Shown one piece after another: positions 27,466 through 32,000 of a stretch of DNA of 32,000 nucleotides (position 1 is the first letter of the stretch; the number at the start of each line of letters is the position of its first letter). Origin of the DNA: an uncultured archaeon (GTDB taxonomy: Archaea; Iainarchaeota; Iainarchaeia; Iainarchaeales; DATDZZ01); assembly GCA_964373795.1 (NCBI GenBank), contig CAYJVY010000007.1, positions 63,591-95,590 of the forward strand, read 5' to 3'. Under the pieces are notes generated by a model, which saw nothing but the letters and a program-made list of their open reading frames with translations, was not told the DNA's origin and ran no database searches. Position numbers and translations under genes: made by a program.

Positions 27466-28923
27466 TCATTTATTAATTAATTTGGAAAAAATTCTTTTGT
27501 CTTGTTCATTAAATACTTTTAATATTATTAAAATTAATAAATAAATTATTGGGCTAATCAAAACTAAATCTAATAAATTCAAAAAACCAAAAAAATAATA
27601 AAAAATTGATAGAGCAACCCCCCCTATTACTGGTTTTAAAAATATTTTCAAATTTATTGCAGTAATTTTTTTATTTGTTAGATTTAATGCTATAATGAAA
27701 AGAAATATTTCGCTTGAAAGCGTTGCTATTGCTGCACCAATAAATCCATTGCTTGGAATTAAAATTAAATTTAATATAATATTTAGTGTAACATATACTG
27801 CTACGACTTTTGCAATTTGTTTTTCAAATTCAGTTGAGCTAAGCGCATTTAATAATGTGTGGTTTAAGTAAGAAAAAACTTGAAACCAAACCAATATCTG
27901 TAATGCAATAGTTGATGGTTCAAAATTATTTGTCGGGGTAGTGGGGTAAATTAGTTGAATTATTCTTAATCCAAAAAAAGTAGTTCCAATAGCTATTGGA
28001 AATATTAGTAGAAACAAATAGAGTAATGATCTTTCTATAATGGTTTTTAATGACTCTTTTGAAGATCCATAAAAATTTGACATTACCGGAAAAATTGATG
28101 ATAAAAATGTTGCAGATAAAAATGCAAGAGTATTAACTATTCTTACAGCCGCACTATAATATCCTGTTTCAGTGTTTCCTTTCAATATTGATAACATCAC
28201 TATGTCGATATTTGCATAAACAACTAAAAAAAACACCAGTAATGCAAAAGGAAATGCTTTTACTATTAAGTTAATATATTTTGTAAAATTGATTTCAGGT
28301 TTAGGAAAAGAGAAATGTTTTATAAATAATAAAAAGCTTGTTAAGAAATTAATTAAATTCGAAAGTATGGCTGCAATAAACAAGCCTGTCAAACCAAAGC
28401 CTAAATACAATGCACTAACACTAAAAACAAAAAGAATTGTTTTGCATAAAGTATTAATACCAAATTCGTATTCCATTTTTTGAATTGCCAAAAAAGCTGT
28501 TCGAAACAAGCTTGCAAAGGATTCTAAAATACTTGAAGGAACTAATAAAAAAATCAAAAATACTGTAAAAAGGGTGTATTTTTCTGGAGAAGTTAAATAT
28601 AAACTAAATGAAACACTTAAACTAATTATAATCACTCCAAGTGATAGAATTATTTTTATAATGCTTAAATCTCCTACTAACTTGGAAATTTCTTCTTTTG
28701 ATTTTGATCGTGAACTGTTTCTAAAAAAAAGAGTTGTTGTCCCTAAATCAGTTAAGATATTAAATAGCAATACAAACGATATGATAAATGAATAAATTCC
28801 AAATTGTTCTACCCCCATAATTCTTGTTATATACATTACTAAAATTAGTGAAAAAGCTTTTTGTAGAATTGTTGTTGCAAATAATGCAATAGTATTTTTT
28901 ACAATTCTTCTAACAGTATTCAT
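27466..28923 (-). CDS. Wzx-type oligosaccharide flippase (MOP/polysaccharide biosynthesis protein family)
   Basis: 485 aa with about 12-14 TM segments. N-terminal IVKNTIALFATTILQKAFSLILVMYITRIMGVEQFGIYSF is the family start pattern. Confidence 0.8.
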   Translation of the reverse strand: MNTVRRIVKNTIALFATTILQKAFSLILVMYITRIMGVEQFGIYSFIISFVLLFNILTDLGTTTLFFRNSSRSKSKEEISKLVGDLSIIKIILSLGVIIISLSVSFSLYLTSPEKYTLFTVFLIFLLVPSSILESFASLFRTAFLAIQKMEYEFGINTLCKTILFVFSVSALYLGFGLTGLFIAAILSNLINFLTSFLLFIKHFSFPKPEINFTKYINLIVKAFPFALLVFFLVVYANIDIVMLSILKGNTETGYYSAAVRIVNTLAFLSATFLSSIFPVMSNFYGSSKESLKTIIERSLLYLFLLIFPIAIGTTFFGLRIIQLIYPTTPTNNFEPSTIALQILVWFQVFSYLNHTLLNALSSTEFEKQIAKVVAVYVTLNIILNLILIPSNGFIGAAIATLSSEIFLFIIALNLTNKKITAINLKIFLKPVIGGVALSIFYYFFGFLNLLDLVLISPIIYLLILIILKVFNEQDKRIFSKLINK

Positions 28924-28993
28924 TAACTCACTGAAACCTAAAATATATTTAAATTAGTGCTGTAGGACATTTTCCAAACATTTAATTAATAAA

Positions 28994-31111
28994 TTAAGAT
29001 AATTCAATTATTCTTAATCCAGGATTTGAATAAATTTCTTTGTATTCAAATGGCATTTTTTTATGAGTCAACAACTTTACTAGAGTAGTATTATTCATTG
29101 TTGGATTAATAATGTATAACTTTGTGTTATCGCTTTTTCTGTAAACAAATAAAGGTATTACGACGTTTTGACCATTTATATTAAATTGTTGAACATTGTT
29201 TGGTTTATCAATCCAAGTTGTTGGGAAAGAATTAAACTGATTTTCTTCAAATCTATTACCTCCACAACTGTATTCAACTAGACTATTAGTTGGATTGAGT
29301 GCAGAACTACAATCGAAACTAGTGCTTGGAATTGGCGATACATATTTTGAAGCTTCATTTCCAGGATTTCCTTCAAATGCGTAGAATACGTATGATCCAA
29401 TGCTGAATAAATCATCTTCTTCAATTATAACATGAGTAGACTTTTTGCTTTTCAAAATATCTAATGCTTGTTGTTCATCTCTTGATATTAAAAAAATTGA
29501 GAAATCCCTGTCAGAATTAACATCGAGATTTCTATTATCTAATAAAACTTTTTTTTCTGTTACAAATGAAATCCAATGACCATTATTCCACCAATTAAAA
29601 AACCTTATTTCTTCATTTGGCAAGTTAGTGTTAATCCATTGAAATGCTTGTTTCCAGTAAGGTGGAGATTCAATATTTGGAACATTTCTTGTCATGAAAA
29701 AACTTCCAGAAGCAATTCCAATGAAAAGAAACAATCCAAGTAAAACAGCTAAAACTCTTTTATTAGTTAAATTTCTTTTACTTAAAAAATTAATTCCTTC
29801 ATTAAAAATAACTCCTGCGCCTACCGCTACTGGCAAGCCAAAAGTAAAAGTAAACTTTAATTTATACCAAGCCATTACTAGAGTTAAAACAATCCAGAAA
29901 AAGAACAAATTACTATACTGTTCATCCTTTTTTTTAAAAATTCTAAAAGGCAAGATAACTAAAGCAATTAAAGGCAATAAAATCATTGCATTATATTTTT
30001 CTCCAAAAAATCTATTTCCAAGGCTTTCTTCTCCAACAGTTGCAGCAAATAATGCTCCTGCTTCTGAAAACCTAATATCTGGAATAAAAATAAAATACCA
30101 CAAAATTACTATCAAAATTAAGTATTGTAGAGCCATTGCCAGAAAATTAATTTGGTTTTGCATTTTTGTGTAATCTTTCTTATGATATAAAAAAACTAAA
30201 AACAATAAAATTGCTGCACCTAAAAACACTACTATCATGACTGGAAAAAACAATCCAGGGGGAATAGATTTTGCAATGTTAGAAGTAATTGTATTAATCC
30301 ATCCAGTTCCCCTATAAAAAGAAGCAATTATTCCAAATACTATAAAGGTTATTAAGAAGAGCTTTACAAAGTCAAGTAATTCTTTAATGCTTCGTTTTGC
30401 ATAAAAGTTTAGTACTCCAAAAATAAAATAAGCTGAAATAATTATTGGAATAACTAGATACATTTCCCAAGTTAAGGCCATTATTCCAAAAAATATTCCT
30501 GCAAGTAAAGAAAAAATTATATTGGCTTTTTTAAGTTCGGGGTTTTTGACTGCTTTAATTAAGAATACAAATCCAATTACAAGCCATAAAAATCCTAAAG
30601 CATCTTCTTCTAAAAATCCTCCCATGGTTCTATAAACAAATGCTGGAACAATTGCTGCAAAAAAAGCCATTACAATTCCAGTTCTTCTATTATAAATTTC
30701 TCTTCCCAAAAAATACATTGCTACAACTGTTAGAGCTCCATAAAATGCAGGCAAAAATTTAACCAACCAAATTAAGAGATCTTTATTATATGGGGCTCCT
30801 AAAAATAATAGTTTATACCAGAACGCATTAAAGTTCCAAAAAAATGAAGTATTTGGAATATTTCCTCCGCCAAGCTGATAATAAGCTAACGGATCTCTAT
30901 CAGGAATTTGTCCTTGAATTGCATATCCAGTCATTCTTGCATGAAAGTATGAATCAAATTCAAAAAACAATTCATATTTAAACAAGTGAGCTCTGATTGC
31001 AAAAGCTAAAATAAATAATGCAAAAACAATTAAAATTTCTCTTCGATGCTCTTTCAAGTAATTCCAAGTTTTGTCAATTAAATTCATATCTTCACTTAAA
31101 AAATTATTCAA
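28994..31111 (-). CDS. aglB: Archaeal oligosaccharyltransferase (STT3 family)
   Basis: 705 aa with a polytopic N-terminal domain. First-loop motif EFDSYFHAR (residues 51-59), second acidic motif LEEDALGF (167-174), and WWNNGHWI at 507-514 in place of the canonical WWDYG block, followed by a soluble C-terminal domain. Confidence 0.9.
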   Translation of the reverse strand: MNNFLSEDMNLIDKTWNYLKEHRREILIVFALFILAFAIRAHLFKYELFFEFDSYFHARMTGYAIQGQIPDRDPLAYYQLGGGNIPNTSFFWNFNAFWYKLLFLGAPYNKDLLIWLVKFLPAFYGALTVVAMYFLGREIYNRRTGIVMAFFAAIVPAFVYRTMGGFLEEDALGFLWLVIGFVFLIKAVKNPELKKANIIFSLLAGIFFGIMALTWEMYLVIPIIISAYFIFGVLNFYAKRSIKELLDFVKLFLITFIVFGIIASFYRGTGWINTITSNIAKSIPPGLFFPVMIVVFLGAAILLFLVFLYHKKDYTKMQNQINFLAMALQYLILIVILWYFIFIPDIRFSEAGALFAATVGEESLGNRFFGEKYNAMILLPLIALVILPFRIFKKKDEQYSNLFFFWIVLTLVMAWYKLKFTFTFGLPVAVGAGVIFNEGINFLSKRNLTNKRVLAVLLGLFLFIGIASGSFFMTRNVPNIESPPYWKQAFQWINTNLPNEEIRFFNWWNNGHWISFVTEKKVLLDNRNLDVNSDRDFSIFLISRDEQQALDILKSKKSTHVIIEEDDLFSIGSYVFYAFEGNPGNEASKYVSPIPSTSFDCSSALNPTNSLVEYSCGGNRFEENQFNSFPTTWIDKPNNVQQFNINGQNVVIPLFVYRKSDNTKLYIINPTMNNTTLVKLLTHKKMPFEYKEIYSNPGLRIIELS

Positions 31112-31151
31112 TAAATTTTAATTGCAAATTAAATTTAAATTAAGCATTCAA

Positions 31152-31688
31152 TTACTTTGCTTTTTTAATTATTTTTGAAGCTTTTTGCAATCCTTGTTTT
31201 AAAAGAGATTCTCTTTTTGCTCCAGCACAAATAACTTTTCCATTTTTGAATAAAAGCAAAGTCATTTTTGGCTCGTTAATTCTTAAAATTGCTCCAGGAA
31301 ATTGCTCTGGCTCGTATTCAACGTTATCTAGATTCATTGCCAAAGAAAACAAATCTAAAGTTGCATGAAGGTTTGCAGTTGCAACAAGATTTACAACAAC
31401 ATATTGAGGTTTTCTTACAATTTTAACCTTTTTTTGAATGTCATGAATCATTTTACTTGCTTTAATTATTGCTGCAGAAATTTGTTTTTCACTTGAAGCA
31501 CCTGAACAAATTATTTTTCCATTCTTGAATAAAAGCATTGAAACCTTTGGTTCCTTTAATTTAAGAATTGCTCCTGGGAATTGTTCTGGTTCGTATTCAA
31601 TATTTGGAATAGTAATAGCCAAGTTATACAAATCAAGAGTTGAATTTAAGTTTCCAGCTGCAACAAGATTAACGATTTCATACTTCAT
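31152..31688 (-). CDS. tbp: TATA-box-binding protein
   Basis: 178 aa with two direct repeats: IVNLVAAGNL..EYEPEQFPGAILKLKEPKVSMLLFKNGKIICSGA and VVNLVATANL..EYEPEQFPGAILRINEPKMTLLLFKNGKVICAGA. GGAGG lies 7 nt upstream of the ATG. Confidence 0.95.
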   Translation of the reverse strand: MKYEIVNLVAAGNLNSTLDLYNLAITIPNIEYEPEQFPGAILKLKEPKVSMLLFKNGKIICSGASSEKQISAAIIKASKMIHDIQKKVKIVRKPQYVVVNLVATANLHATLDLFSLAMNLDNVEYEPEQFPGAILRINEPKMTLLLFKNGKVICAGAKRESLLKQGLQKASKIIKKAK

Positions 31689-31789
31689 TTCATTGCCTCC
31701 TTCAACTTATTTAAAAAGACGACGAAACCTTTAAAAACTCATTTAAAAAGCACTTCTACACAACGTTTGCAGTCAAGGTTCAGCCCTTG

Positions 31790-32000
31790 AAACTGAAGGG
31801 TCATATGACTCTTCAGCTGTTGTCTCGCTCGACGCGGGCGATTGCTCACGTGAGCATTCAGCCGCGGTCACGCGTCACTAGCGCGTGGCCGACACTGACC
31901 TTCAGTTGCTGTCTCGCGCGGCAAGCGCAATGCCCATACGAACACTCAGCCTCGCCGGCTTTCAATTCAGCCTCGCCGGCTTTCAATTCAGCCTCGCCGG
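31790..32000. other. GC-rich block of unknown nature (structured RNA, foreign DNA or assembly junction)
   Basis: 121 of 200 bases are G/C in 31801-32000 by hand count, against a visibly AT-rich remainder. Contains several hairpins/palindromes and degenerate ~89-nt direct repeats. Confidence 0.4.
31946..32000. repeat. 21-nt tandem repeat, 2.6 copies, truncated by window end
   Basis: tcagcctcgccggctttcaat occurs at 31946-31966 and 31967-31987, with a partial third copy at 31988-32000, head to tail with no spacer. Confidence 0.85.

Noticed and set aside
31946-32000. CRISPR array
   Set aside because: The 21-nt units are directly head to tail with no spacers, and no cas genes are present. It is a tandem repeat, not a CRISPR.
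1-32000. Mobile-element genes, tRNA/rRNA genes, defence systems
   Set aside because: I saw no transposase, integrase, cas, restriction-modification or toxin-antitoxin-like ORFs. No tRNA-like GC-rich cloverleaf segments appear inside the AT-rich part. The only GC-rich stretch (31790-32000) lacks recognisable rRNA, RNase P or SRP RNA signature motifs.

Overview
AT-rich archaeal window. An archaeal TATA-binding protein (31152-31688) and an STT3/AglB oligosaccharyltransferase (28994-31111) fix the domain. Any finer lineage (a small-genome uncultured archaeon is plausible) is inference only. Nearly all of the first 31 kb is one cell-surface / N-glycan biosynthesis island. It encodes AglB, a Wzx-type flippase, four GT4 and three intact GT2 glycosyltransferases, and a second GT-C-like membrane enzyme. 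It also encodes seven SDR nucleotide-sugar enzymes, a full RmlA-D set, a nucleotide-sugar dehydrogenase, two TylCIII-type C-methyltransferases, two class I methyltransferases and two different radical-SAM enzymes. The best candidate for undescribed chemistry is the radical-SAM pair plus the double C-methyltransferase set, which imply an unusually methylated, possibly branched-chain glycan. The island is a decaying mosaic. Broken genes are a Dpm1-like GT2, a methyltransferase split in a T8 run, an rmlB 5' fragment, a DegT aminotransferase fragment, a hexapeptide acyltransferase fragment and an SDR C-terminal remnant. In addition, rmlA lacks a canonical start codon. Two repeat systems record recent recombination. 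One is a perfect 225-bp direct repeat bracketing a methyltransferase cassette. The other is an inverted copy of a promoter plus the first 17 codons, shared by two different SDR genes. The crossover sits in the GxGxxG-coding microhomology. The last ~210 nt switch abruptly to ~60% GC with hairpins and a 21-nt tandem repeat that runs off the window. I recognised no tRNA, rRNA, CRISPR array, transposase or integrase.
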